Source: an archaeon
GTDB lineage: Archaea; Undinarchaeota; Undinarchaeia; Undinarchaeales; JBDRKL01
Direction: 5' to 3'
Assembly (NCBI GenBank): GCA_043814055.1
Contig: JBDRKL010000007.1
Location: 32,001 to 96,000 of the forward strand
DNA length: 64,000 bases
Positions within the stretch are counted from its first letter, which is position 1; every line of letters begins with the position of its first letter. The translations under genes were made by a program, and so were the position numbers. The notes under the pieces are model-generated. The model was not told the origin of the DNA. It made no database searches and worked only from the letters and a program-made list of their open reading frames with translations. This document shows positions 1-8,677 of this stretch, in pieces.

Positions 1-96
1 ATAAGGAACCCTGTTTTTGACATTACCCCGGCAGAGCGCATTCACAGGTTCATAACCGAGGATGGGGTTTTGCAGCCCGGCGAAATAGATATATAA
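1..96 (+). CDS. 3' end of an eIF-2B alpha/beta/delta-family protein (ribose-1,5-bisphosphate isomerase or MTR-1-P isomerase-like), partial
   Basis: Frame 1 reads IRNPVFDITPAERIHRFITEDGVLQPGEIDI*, matching the family C-terminal NPxFDxTP...ITExG motif. Confidence 0.8.
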   Translation: MRNPVFDITPAERIHRFITEDGVLQPGEIDI

Positions 97-117
97 TATA
101 CTGAATTAGTTTAGGGT

Positions 118-1113
118 ATGGAAATAAGATATGGAATTATGATGATTGCCGCACTGCTTGGCTTGGCTGTTGTTTATAACTTGCTCGCGCCCATTGTGTT
201 TGCTGTTCTGGTTGCGTTTCTCGCAATGCCATTTTATAGAGGGCTCAAGTGGGGGATAAAAAGCAGAACCGCTTCCGCTTTCATAATCACGGCTCTTGTT
301 TTTGGTTTCATAATAGCGCCTTTCGTCTTTGTGATAAAATCAATTCTGCAGAACACGGCAGGCATAAGCGTAATGGCGCAGAGCGGGCTTGCAGAAATCA
401 CAGCGCCGGCTGGCGAATATGGCGCGCATATTATTTCGCAGTTCGGCGCGCTTGCCTGGCAGAAGAGCCTTGCAATGGCATCAGGCCTTGTGCTGGCAAC
501 TCCGCTGTTCTTCGTGCAATTCTTCATTATGATAGTGCTGGTCTTTTATTTCCTAAGGGACGGAGACAAGATAAAGGCGTACGCGGAAAAGATAGCAAAC
601 GCGAACGGGCAGCTTCGGCTTATTAAGTCCGTTGAAACAATGTTAAAAGCCATACTCTTTGGCTACTTTGGAACCGCGATACTGCTTGGAGCGCTTGGCA
701 TCGTTGGGTTCTGGCTGCTTGGCTATGAGTATGCAATACTGCTTGGGCTTGTCGTGTTCCTTGCCGCGCTACTCCCAGTGCTTGGGATGTGGCTGGCTTA
801 TGTTCCGCTCACGGTTTATGAATATTTGCAAGACGACTACGTGATGATGGTGTCCGTGCTAGGTTTCGGCCTTATTTTGCAGATACTCGGGCTCTGGCTT
901 ATGCCAAAGATTGCCGGGAAGAAGGCAAGGGTGCATCCAGGGGTGATGCTCCTGGGTTTCATAGGCGGACCAATGTTCTTTGGGCTGCCTGGTTTCATAC
1001 TTGGACCGCTCATACTTGGCATGCTCAAGGCAGTTCTTGACAGCTACGAGCCTTTGCAGGCAAATGGCAACGGGGACCGGCATAAGTTTAAGTATTCTAA
1101 TGTAGAGAAGTGA
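118..1113 (+). CDS. AI-2E family transporter (PerM/UPF0118)
   Basis: 331 aa multi-TM protein with FYFLRDG, LPVLG and HP-x-GGPMFFGLPGFILGPLI motifs. Confidence 0.85.
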   Translation: MEIRYGIMMIAALLGLAVVYNLLAPIVFAVLVAFLAMPFYRGLKWGIKSRTASAFIITALVFGFIIAPFVFVIKSILQNTAGISVMAQSGLAEITAPAGEYGAHIISQFGALAWQKSLAMASGLVLATPLFFVQFFIMIVLVFYFLRDGDKIKAYAEKIANANGQLRLIKSVETMLKAILFGYFGTAILLGALGIVGFWLLGYEYAILLGLVVFLAALLPVLGMWLAYVPLTVYEYLQDDYVMMVSVLGFGLILQILGLWLMPKIAGKKARVHPGVMLLGFIGGPMFFGLPGFILGPLILGMLKAVLDSYEPLQANGNGDRHKFKYSNVEK

Positions 1114-1130
1114 ATTAGGAGTAATGCTTA

Positions 1131-1886
1131 ATGACCCTAACACTAATCTCACTCGGGCTTTGGAACGAAAAATCAATGACACTTGAAGCGCTGAAAGAAG
1201 CGAAGAAGTGTTCAAAACTTTATTCAGAACAGTATACGTCGCGCTTGTTTGGTTGTAGTGCAACAAAACTTGAGCAGAAGATTGGGAAGAAGATTGAGAT
1301 TCTGCCGCGGGAGAGAGTTGAGGATTCAAAATGGCTGATTGCTGAGGCGAAGAAAAAGAAAATCGGGCTTTTGATTGTTGGCGACGCAATGGCTGCGACA
1401 ACGCACGCGGACTTTTTGATTGAGGCGAAGAAGGCGAAAGTCTCTGTGCGGGTAATACCAGGGACTTCAATTTACACAGTTGCTTCAGGCTTGGCTGGAT
1501 TGCAGATTTATAAGTTTGGAAGGGCAACTACGCTGACTTTCCCGGATGAGAAATTCCCAGTGCGGAGCCATTATGATGTTATAAAATATAATAAGGGCGT
1601 TGGATTGCACACTTTGGTTCTGCTTGATATTCAGAATACAAAATACATGACTGCGAATGAGGGGATGAAAGTTCTGCTTGAGCTGGAGAAGAAAAACAAG
1701 GAGGGAGTTTTCAAGCCGGACACAAAGATTGTTGTGGTTGCGCGGGCCGGTTCTGCTAAGCCGAAAGTTAAATATGGACCTGTGAGCAAATTAGTTAAAA
1801 TGGACTTTGGCGGGCCGCTGCACACGATTATAGTTCCGGGGAAACTGCATTTTAGGGAGGAGGAGGCGTTGGAATTATGGGAATGA
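1131..1886 (+). CDS. dph5: diphthine synthase
   Basis: LISLGL, EQYTS, VGDAMAATTH, GLQIYKFGRATT, GLHTLVLLDI and PLHTIIVPGKLHFREEEAL motifs. Confidence 0.95.
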   Translation: MTLTLISLGLWNEKSMTLEALKEAKKCSKLYSEQYTSRLFGCSATKLEQKIGKKIEILPRERVEDSKWLIAEAKKKKIGLLIVGDAMAATTHADFLIEAKKAKVSVRVIPGTSIYTVASGLAGLQIYKFGRATTLTFPDEKFPVRSHYDVIKYNKGVGLHTLVLLDIQNTKYMTANEGMKVLLELEKKNKEGVFKPDTKIVVVARAGSAKPKVKYGPVSKLVKMDFGGPLHTIIVPGKLHFREEEALELWE

Positions 1887-2097
1887 TTACAAAACAGGGC
1901 TTCGGCGAAGCCGAACGCCCTCGCTTTACCTCCGCAAGCAGGCGGAGTGAGGAGGCGTTAGCACTATGGAAATAATTACAAAAAGGGGCTTCGCGAGCAA
2001 AGCGAGCGAATGCCCCCTGCTCTACCTCCGGGAGCAGCCGGAGCCGGGGAAGTTGCATTTTAGGGAGGCGGAGGCGTTGGAGTTGTTCAAGGCATAA
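1836..2097 (+). repeat. three diverged copies of the dph5 3' end separated by GC-rich hairpin units
   Basis: Live end PGKLHFREEEALELWE* (1836-1886), EEALALWK* (1949-1975) and PGKLHFREAEALELFKA* (2044-2097); copies 1 and 2 are each followed by TTACAAAA, a GGGC..GCCC hairpin and a CTCCG..CGGAG hairpin. Confidence 0.85.
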
Positions 2098-2167
2098 ATT
2101 TTGCATAATTAAAAAAAAGGTAACTTTATAAACCATAAAAGTGTAGTAAATTTGAGGTAATGACAGA

Positions 2168-3067
2168 ATGAACCAAACACTTTTGATTGCAGCACTAGGA
2201 CTATTAATTATCGCCGGACTTTTGAGCGGAACAGATTATAATATGGATAATTCCGACACAGACACTAGCATAACTGGACAAGTAACTGCTAGTACAACAG
2301 AGACCACAGCGTATACTTGCTGCTATTACAAAAGTGGAAGCAAATACTATTATGCCATTGTAGGAAACCCGACAAAATCCAACGGGTGCAATGACAAATA
2401 CAAATATGCTAGCGGCAATGGTTTCAACTATTGCGGCAAGAATCTTGGAACATCCGTATGCACTTCTTCACAATCAGCCACCAGCAAGAACTGTTGTACT
2501 GCCTGGTGCACTAAGAAAGGCATGACCATATCCTCAAATTCTGGAGCTTCCTGTACTTGCAAAAAAACAGTTGTAACAGTGCCTAAGCAATATGGTTCCG
2601 GTGAAGGAACTCCTGCTAAATGTACTATGTGTTATGTAAATATGAATACTGGTAATGAGGAGAAGAACGGCCATTGCGGTACTACTTGTCCTGCGGAACG
2701 AACAATCTGGGATGGCCAAATTTGGCTGCGTGGCCTAAGCGGTAAATATGATATAGTTAAAATTCCAAGACCCGCGGTTAAGATGACAGTATGTGGTGTT
2801 ATTGGTGGAGAGAACTGGGCTTGTGTTGACAAAGCTAAAGTAAGATTTTACTACAAAGAGAAGGGGGGAGATGAGTGGATTAAAATAGCTGACAAGTGGA
2901 TTACTGGAAGACATAATAAAGGTTGTGTAGATGTGTCGTTAGACTATGTAAATATTGATGCAGTAAGAGGTAAAATAGTTGGCACTGCAAAGAAGGATAT
3001 GTGGGATACTGGGGACTCTTGTAGCTATCTAGATGAACTATACATCAAGAGTATTTATGTAGATTAA
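2168..3067 (+). CDS. secreted or membrane-anchored Cys-rich surface protein
   Basis: N-terminal hydrophobic segment, Thr-rich linker, 10-Cys module shared with the pilins at 19287 and 19756, C-terminal domain shared with 26069. Confidence 0.75.
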   Translation: MNQTLLIAALGLLIIAGLLSGTDYNMDNSDTDTSITGQVTASTTETTAYTCCYYKSGSKYYYAIVGNPTKSNGCNDKYKYASGNGFNYCGKNLGTSVCTSSQSATSKNCCTAWCTKKGMTISSNSGASCTCKKTVVTVPKQYGSGEGTPAKCTMCYVNMNTGNEEKNGHCGTTCPAERTIWDGQIWLRGLSGKYDIVKIPRPAVKMTVCGVIGGENWACVDKAKVRFYYKEKGGDEWIKIADKWITGRHNKGCVDVSLDYVNIDAVRGKIVGTAKKDMWDTGDSCSYLDELYIKSIYVD

Positions 3068-3106
3068 GTATAGTAGCATCAAAGATGAAACTGATGTTCT
3101 TTAACT

Positions 3107-3158
3107 ATGGAACTAACTGAAGATTATGTCCTTGGGCTCTTGAAAAAAAACGAGACAG
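3107..3158 (+). repeat. direct repeat of the first 52 nt of the DUF357 gene (partner at 4215-4266)
   Basis: atggaactaactgaagattatgtccttgggctcttgaaaaaaa(a/c)cgagacag, 51 of 52 nt identical. Confidence 0.95.
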
Positions 3159-3231
3159 TCTGTGAAGAGAACATATTGACACTATTTGAATCATAAACTA
3201 TTTATATAGGTTCATATACATTTTATATAAA

Positions 3232-3813
3232 ATGTTAAAGAAATTATTTACATCAGGTAGTAGGGTGGAGATACTAAAAGAACTCCTGTTCAATCCGCAA
3301 GGAGATTTCTACCTTAGTGACCTTGCTAGAACCACAGGAACTGCTCCAATACAGACCAGCAAGGAGCTTGAAAATCTTGAGTCATTAAATCTGGTTGAAA
3401 GGAAGAAAGTTGGAAAGCTCACTTTTTATAGCATTAACAAAAATGCTCCGATATATGAAGATATCAAAAACATTTTTTTGAAAACGGACAGTTTGGGCAA
3501 TTTTTTGAGAACACGGTTGAAGAATTATGAAATAACTCATGCTTTGATTTTTGGAAGCTTTGCAGCAGGCGAAGAAAGAAAAGACAGTGACGTGGATTTG
3601 CTCATAGTGGGAGATATAAACGAGAATGCTTTAGTCAAGACAGTGAGAGAATGCGAGAAGAGCTTGAAGAGAGAAATAAATTATATACTCTGGAATAGAA
3701 AAGAGTTTGAGAAAAGAGCCAGAGAAGGTCATCATCTTTTGAGGGATATAAAGGAAAAGTCAATGATAATGCTGGCAGGAGACGAGAATGAATTTAGAGA
3801 AGCTATTAAGTGA
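3232..3813 (+). CDS. wHTH + minimal nucleotidyltransferase (MNT) antitoxin
   Basis: N-terminal ArsR-like HTH; IFGSFAAG...SDVDLLIVG pol-beta motif. Confidence 0.9.
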   Translation: MLKKLFTSGSRVEILKELLFNPQGDFYLSDLARTTGTAPIQTSKELENLESLNLVERKKVGKLTFYSINKNAPIYEDIKNIFLKTDSLGNFLRTRLKNYEITHALIFGSFAAGEERKDSDVDLLIVGDINENALVKTVRECEKSLKREINYILWNRKEFEKRAREGHHLLRDIKEKSMIMLAGDENEFREAIK

Positions 3814-4228
3814 TAATTATATAGAAGAAATAGGAGTTGACAAAGAACTCACAAAGCGGGCTTTGAAAATAGCCGAGCGGGACTTGGAAGCTGCAAAGGA
3901 GAATTGGGAGGGGGGGCAGTACGACTGGACACTAGCAATAGCATATAATTCCATGCTACAGGCAGGACGTTCTCTTATGTTTTCAAAGGGCTACAGACCA
4001 GCAGGAGCATACAGACACGTTTCTGTTTCTTTGTTTGTGGACACACTTGAGGAACTTCATGAGTTCAGCACTCATTTTGATCGGCTGAGGAAAAAACGCC
4101 ATAAAGCAGTTTATGAACAGGCAGAAATTGTGTCAGAAGAAGAAGCACAGCAAGCGATTAACTGGACAACAAAATTTATTTCAAAAATAAAGGAGATTAT
4201 TGGTGGTGATTTAAATGGAACTAACTGA
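3788..4228 (+). CDS. HEPN domain protein (toxin partner)
   Basis: AYNSMLQAGR and RKKRHKAVY (R-x4-Y type HEPN) motifs; overlaps the MNT gene. Confidence 0.85.
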   Translation: MNLEKLLSDNYIEEIGVDKELTKRALKIAERDLEAAKENWEGGQYDWTLAIAYNSMLQAGRSLMFSKGYRPAGAYRHVSVSLFVDTLEELHEFSTHFDRLRKKRHKAVYEQAEIVSEEEAQQAINWTTKFISKIKEIIGGDLNGTN

Positions 4229-4475
4229 AGATTATGTCCTTGGGCTCTTGAAAAAAACCGAGACAGCCCTGGTGAGCGTTGAGATTGTTGAAGAAGGCGG
4301 GCAGAGGGTCTTGGATATGGCCACGCGCTACCTTGAGGATGCAATTCACTTCTTTGAAAAGGGCGACCTGGAGAAGGCGATGGCAGCGGAGGAATACTCA
4401 CATGGGCTTTTGGATGGCGGAGTTGGGACTGGAGCACTAAGAGTAATTCAAAACGAGGACTTGTTTGTATTCTAA
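4215..4475 (+). CDS. DUF357 family protein
   Basis: 86 aa, MATRYLEDAIHFFEKGD...AEEYSHGLLDGG motif; family commonly linked to dph5 in archaea. Confidence 0.85.
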   Translation: MELTEDYVLGLLKKTETALVSVEIVEEGGQRVLDMATRYLEDAIHFFEKGDLEKAMAAEEYSHGLLDGGVGTGALRVIQNEDLFVF

Positions 4476-4545
4476 AGCCGAGCTGATGCGAGGCAGTTTT
4501 TCGTCAACGTTTTTGGACAAATTGCAAAGAAAAAGGTTGCTGCCA

Positions 4546-4632
4546 GAGGAATACTCACATGGGTTGATTGATGGAGCTGTAGGAACTGGAGCTTTGAAAG
4601 TAATTCAGAACGAAGATTTGTTTGTATTCTAA
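4546..4632 (+). pseudogene. orphan diverged copy of the DUF357 3' end
   Basis: EEYSHGLIDGAVGTGALKVIQNEDLFVF* versus live EEYSHGLLDGGVGTGALRVIQNEDLFVF* (4389-4475); mostly third-position changes. Confidence 0.9.
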
Positions 4633-4670
4633 TAATTATATTTATATAGAGAGAGCACTACTTCTAGAGT

Positions 4671-5819
4671 ATGAAAACAAAGCTCTTCCTGGGCACAGTA
4701 CTAATTTCTCTACTTACTCTTGTTAACGCGGCTTTTGCAGCCTGGATTTTAGACCCAAGCAATCCTATGAATTCGATCTCAAGCAAGGCAATGGGTTACA
4801 TATGGTTTATTTGGATAATGGTTCTTTGTTACTGGCTAGTTGACAGGCACTTCTCAAAGAAGATGGAAGAAGCAGGAATAGACGCTAAGTTTGGCGGACC
4901 AAACCTTCGCGCAGGAATTTTCGCAATAGTACTTATCATGATGATGATATCAGAATATGTTGACCTTCCAATTGGTCTGATAACCATGGGGATGAGCTTC
5001 ATAGTTCTATGGGGCGTTACTGTGTTAATAATAAACATTTATATTTACATTGAAAAATACAAGAAGAGCCCGGAAGTTGCTGAGGATGAGTTCCTGGAAG
5101 ACACCAAGCACAGGGCCGGCAAGAAAGAGAGACGTGCAATGAACGCGGCAAGGGGAATGGAGCAGGAAGAGAAAGCAACCATTGTCAAGATATTTGACCT
5201 TCTCAAGAAAGGTGAAATTCTGGCATACCTTAGAGGTGCGCTTGAACAATCCAAAAGGAGCCACGTTGACATAGTCAAAGAACTCAAAGAGGTTTACACT
5301 GAAAGCTCAACGGCTGGTGCAAACCAGAAGACAATAAAGGATTTGGAGACCGGCGAGATAGCATTTAAGCGCGCGGAGAAGAGGCTGAACAAAATGAAAG
5401 ACACAGCGCTCAGCAGTGAATTCACGCTTTTACACCAGTCTGCGCGGAAAATTTCCAAGAAGATATCAGACATAACCGCCAGGAGGATGGAAATCGGGGA
5501 AAATGAAGAAAAGGTAATACTGGAACTTGCCACAATTGTCAGGTATGGAGAGAAACACACAAAGAATATTATGGCTGATATGGAGGACAAGAAAAGTGAG
5601 GGTTACAAGTCACACGCAAAACAGCTGGAAGGGCTCAAAGAGCTTCATCACTTGCTGATAAAATTGGCAAAAGAGCTTGAGGTTGAAATGATGTGGGACG
5701 CTAAGGTGGAGAATTATACTTCAACCCGCAGGGAGAGGCGAACCAGTGAAAAGGCAGGGGAAGAGGGAAGCAAACCATCTGATACCAACGAAGACGAAGA
5801 AATAAAAGATTGGGATTAA
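4671..5819 (+). CDS. hypothetical membrane protein, N-terminal TM segments and long coiled-coil C-terminus
   Basis: About 4 hydrophobic segments then a K/E-rich helical region; TTTATATA about 30 nt upstream. Confidence 0.75.
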   Translation: MKTKLFLGTVLISLLTLVNAAFAAWILDPSNPMNSISSKAMGYIWFIWIMVLCYWLVDRHFSKKMEEAGIDAKFGGPNLRAGIFAIVLIMMMISEYVDLPIGLITMGMSFIVLWGVTVLIINIYIYIEKYKKSPEVAEDEFLEDTKHRAGKKERRAMNAARGMEQEEKATIVKIFDLLKKGEILAYLRGALEQSKRSHVDIVKELKEVYTESSTAGANQKTIKDLETGEIAFKRAEKRLNKMKDTALSSEFTLLHQSARKISKKISDITARRMEIGENEEKVILELATIVRYGEKHTKNIMADMEDKKSEGYKSHAKQLEGLKELHHLLIKLAKELEVEMMWDAKVENYTSTRRERRTSEKAGEEGSKPSDTNEDEEIKDWD

Positions 5820-5865
5820 AACTGAGGCTCCCATCCGGAAGCCCTGGGTAAGGAGGACTAAAAAA

Positions 5866-6597
5866 ATGGCAGACGAAGAACTTAACAAACAATATCAGCC
5901 ATACAGTGAAGCGGCGCAGAACGGCGAGTTCCACGAACTTAGCGAAAAGCATGTTAATAATCTTGAAACGGCTTACAAGAAAATAGAGGAATTCATCGCA
6001 GAGGAAAAAGAGTTTATGGGTCAGGTACACGAGGCGATTGCAAAGCCAGTCGCATTTCATCACCACGATTTTGTATCAGTTATCGGAAACGCAGAAAAGC
6101 ACCTTGCGCAGGTAGAGAAATTCACTAAAATACTTGAGAAGGACACTGGGAAAACTCCAAATGCAGAAGAGGCTGTGAAGGCGTATGAGGAAATTGAAAA
6201 AAACCTCGCAGAAATTGACGGAGATATCCGAAAGTCTATGATGACTATGGTGCTAATCACGAGAGTCTATGCAGGTTATTATAGAGTCAGAGTTGCGTTG
6301 GACAAGTATCTTGACTATCTTGGCGCAGGGCTGAGAGACCAGGACATTGACCAGAAGGATAAGGACAAAATCCTGGAACTGATAAAAACGCACAAAGAGA
6401 ACCTTGCGAAAGTAGACCATATCATAAAGACACTTGTGTTTCTCTCAAGAGTGTATGCACCAACAGGAGTACTATATACACTAGCGGATGAGATGACTGA
6501 GGTGTGTAAGGCAGAGGGTGTAGAGATAGAGAGCAAACGCATATCTCGCCACGGAATGGGCACCGAGTTCAAGGGCGCTGGAGAGGGCGCGGAATAA
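5866..6597 (+). CDS. hypothetical helical or coiled-coil protein
   Basis: 243 aa ORF, GGAGG RBS upstream. Confidence 0.7.
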   Translation: MADEELNKQYQPYSEAAQNGEFHELSEKHVNNLETAYKKIEEFIAEEKEFMGQVHEAIAKPVAFHHHDFVSVIGNAEKHLAQVEKFTKILEKDTGKTPNAEEAVKAYEEIEKNLAEIDGDIRKSMMTMVLITRVYAGYYRVRVALDKYLDYLGAGLRDQDIDQKDKDKILELIKTHKENLAKVDHIIKTLVFLSRVYAPTGVLYTLADEMTEVCKAEGVEIESKRISRHGMGTEFKGAGEGAE

Positions 6598-6633
6598 GAA
6601 AGCCTTAAATAAGTGGAGGTTCATTAAAAAACC

Positions 6634-7272
6634 ATGAAAAAGATATTACTTGCGTGTACGGCAAGCGCATCGTTTTTGTTTATTCTGAGTGCTGTATTTG
6701 CAGCATTTGACATCGCAACCATAAATGACATGTCGTTCCAGATTGGAATGTTCATGGGCGTTATGATGGGTCTTCCAAGCGTAATGGCAGCGGGAAACCA
6801 TTTCAGCGGCGTAAAAGCTGATGATACAAAATTGATTGATCCAAAGGTTTGGAAATATATGATAATTGGTATAATGGTATTTACAGTCATAGGCGGATTC
6901 ATTGCAGAAGATGCAGATGTGATGGGACAGTGGATGTGGGGACTAGTCGCGGGATTAATCATTACAATGATTTTAGGCAGTGTAGTCTTCCACTTTGTGC
7001 ATCAGGCTAAATCGAGCAGCGAGGGTTCTGGGGAAGCGAGGAAACAACTGAGCAAGGTAAAAACCGCTGAAGAACTAAAGAAGAAATATAGAAAAGAGGG
7101 ATATGAAATAAAAGAAAAAACACCGGCGAGCAAGGACCGGGACTTCTATGAGAGGGTTTTTAAGGAAGGGCTTCAGCGTCCTATAGGATTACAAGGCGGC
7201 CAACAACAGCCTTTTAACGTGCAGCAGACCATGCCTGCAAGTGCAGAGCTAGCAGAGGAGCAGGGGGCATAA
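6634..7272 (+). CDS. hypothetical membrane protein
   Basis: N-terminus resembles 4671 (hydrophobic leader ending A-x-AAF/AFAA), several TMs, charged tail; TTAAATA about 29 nt upstream. Confidence 0.75.
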   Translation: MKKILLACTASASFLFILSAVFAAFDIATINDMSFQIGMFMGVMMGLPSVMAAGNHFSGVKADDTKLIDPKVWKYMIIGIMVFTVIGGFIAEDADVMGQWMWGLVAGLIITMILGSVVFHFVHQAKSSSEGSGEARKQLSKVKTAEELKKKYRKEGYEIKEKTPASKDRDFYERVFKEGLQRPIGLQGGQQQPFNVQQTMPASAELAEEQGA

Positions 7273-7274
7273 AA

Positions 7275-7697
7275 ATGGCAAATCAAATAGACAGCATTTT
7301 GAAGAAGTATGTTGACACAATGGTATATTTTGGAAACAAGATAGAAGAGAAGCATAACTCTATAGCCACCCATAGTTCTATGAGAAGTACTGAATATGAA
7401 TCTCTGCTTCAGAATTTTGATAGGATATTAGGGGGTTATGACAAGCACGTTGTTGCTCCGATTGCTGATTTGTATATGTGCTGCAAAAATCCTGATTTTA
7501 AAATGAAACACGAAAAAGAACTTGGCAGGATTGCTGCAGAACTCAATAAGCATCACGCAGAGCTTGATAAGGCAACAAAGGGAGTACTCAATGCGAGTGT
7601 GCCGGATAAGTTAAATGATGCAGGACAAGCGCTTGCTGGTGTAATTCTTAACTTAGAGGGTACTATAAATAATATCAAAAAACTCCTCGCTAAATAA
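7275..7697 (+). CDS. hypothetical helical protein
   Basis: 140 aa ORF tightly coupled to its neighbours. Confidence 0.7.
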   Translation: MANQIDSILKKYVDTMVYFGNKIEEKHNSIATHSSMRSTEYESLLQNFDRILGGYDKHVVAPIADLYMCCKNPDFKMKHEKELGRIAAELNKHHAELDKATKGVLNASVPDKLNDAGQALAGVILNLEGTINNIKKLLAK

Positions 7698-7891
7698 TGA
7701 TACCATCTCTAATTGTAATGGGCGCTTTGGATTTAATAGCAGGATTATTTATGTTGAGCCTGCAATATAGAAATGGTTTTGAAGCAATGTTCTTCAGCGC
7801 TCCATACTGGTTTGTGTTTTATTTGGGCGTGGCAATTATGATAAAGGGCGCGTACTCAGTTGCCTACGGCGCGTTCGGGAAAGGGTGGTGA
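7697..7891 (+). CDS. small membrane protein (paralogue of 7893)
   Basis: DLIAGL...MFFSAPYWFVFYLGVAIMIKGAYS versus DLLVGL...MFSKVPTAWAYYVGLAVMLKGIYS. Confidence 0.75.
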   Translation: MIPSLIVMGALDLIAGLFMLSLQYRNGFEAMFFSAPYWFVFYLGVAIMIKGAYSVAYGAFGKGW

Positions 7892-7892
7892 A

Positions 7893-8150
7893 ATGTTTGA
7901 GATTTCCTTTCTGATTGTTTTCATAATGTCTGTCGTGCTCGCAGGGATGTTTGTACTCCGCACGCGGATGAGCATGTTTCTGCTCGCCTCGTTTGACCTG
8001 CTCGTTGGGCTAGTGCTGATGGGGCTTGGGCAGAGCGGAACAATTCAATTCATGTTTTCAAAAGTTCCAACTGCTTGGGCTTATTATGTTGGATTAGCAG
8101 TTATGCTGAAAGGGATTTACTCAATTGCACTTGGGTTTGTGAAAAGGTAA
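7893..8150 (+). CDS. small membrane protein (paralogue of 7697)
   Basis: GGTGGTGA RBS before ATG 7893; shared motif with 7697. Confidence 0.75.
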   Translation: MFEISFLIVFIMSVVLAGMFVLRTRMSMFLLASFDLLVGLVLMGLGQSGTIQFMFSKVPTAWAYYVGLAVMLKGIYSIALGFVKR

Positions 8151-8153
8151 AGT

Positions 8154-8190
8154 TTGTGGTAGGTAGTGTTTATTATTACTACAAACTACC
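8154..8190 (+). terminator. possible stem-loop after the small membrane gene pair
   Basis: gtttgtggta...tactacaaac imperfect inverted repeat just after the stop codon. Confidence 0.35.
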
Positions 8191-8260
8191 GACTATCAAC
8201 TTCAATAACAAAAACCCTTAAATACTATGCTCTTCACGGGAAATGTATAGGTGGGAGATA

Positions 8261-8536
8261 ATGGCTGTTGAAGTAATAACCGCAATGCAGTATTTTGTAG
8301 GGCACCAGGTGCCGCTTTTCTTACTAATATTTGGATTGCTTTACACCGCGATGGCTTTCGTTTTCAAGCCGCTGGCGCAGCTCGCTGGCGTGCCGATTGG
8401 TGTTCTTTGCATAGCAACTTCGCTCGCATGGTTCATAGTTAGCGGGGGCGGCATAATGGCCATCCCGGTTGACGTGATGCAGGTTGTGGGTGTCGGAATG
8501 GTTGTGCTTGTTGTAGGAAAGGTGTTTGCGGGGTGA
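8261..8536 (+). CDS. small 3-TM protein (paralogue of 8678); alternative start 8243
   Basis: VPLFLLIFGLLY...IATSLAWFIV versus IPLFLLCFGLIV...FAASLAYFII. Confidence 0.75.
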   Translation: MAVEVITAMQYFVGHQVPLFLLIFGLLYTAMAFVFKPLAQLAGVPIGVLCIATSLAWFIVSGGGIMAIPVDVMQVVGVGMVVLVVGKVFAG

Positions 8537-8676
8537 CAAGTGTAATCGCGGACTTCTCAGAGCGAAGAGCCGCAATGGGAGGGACAGACGCACGAAGTGC
8601 GTCGTACGTTTGGAGCTTTGCTCCAAACTGTATCGGAACCGTTAGGTTCCGATTGGGGAAGGTGTTTGCAGGTTAA
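8516..8676 (+). repeat. duplicated gene end (GKVFAG*) flanking four hairpins
   Basis: gga aag gtg ttt gcg ggg tga (8516-8536) versus ggg aag gtg ttt gca ggt taa (8656-8676); hairpins at 8548-8573, 8587-8603, 8608-8628 and 8632-8653. Confidence 0.85.
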
Positions 8677-8677
8677 A

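Noticed and set aside
859-1527. 222-aa minus-strand ORF
   Set aside because: Overlaps two well-supported plus-strand genes; low-complexity translation
1836-2097. CRISPR mini-array
   Set aside because: Units are diverged gene ends plus hairpins, not constant repeats with unique spacers; no cas genes
1852-2136. 94-aa minus-strand ORF with RLRL repeats
   Set aside because: Antisense reading of the duplicated dph5 ends and hairpins
8537-8655. tRNA or tRNA fragment
   Set aside because: Hairpins are serial with no acceptor stem closing them, no T-loop GTTCRA context and no 7-nt anticodon loop
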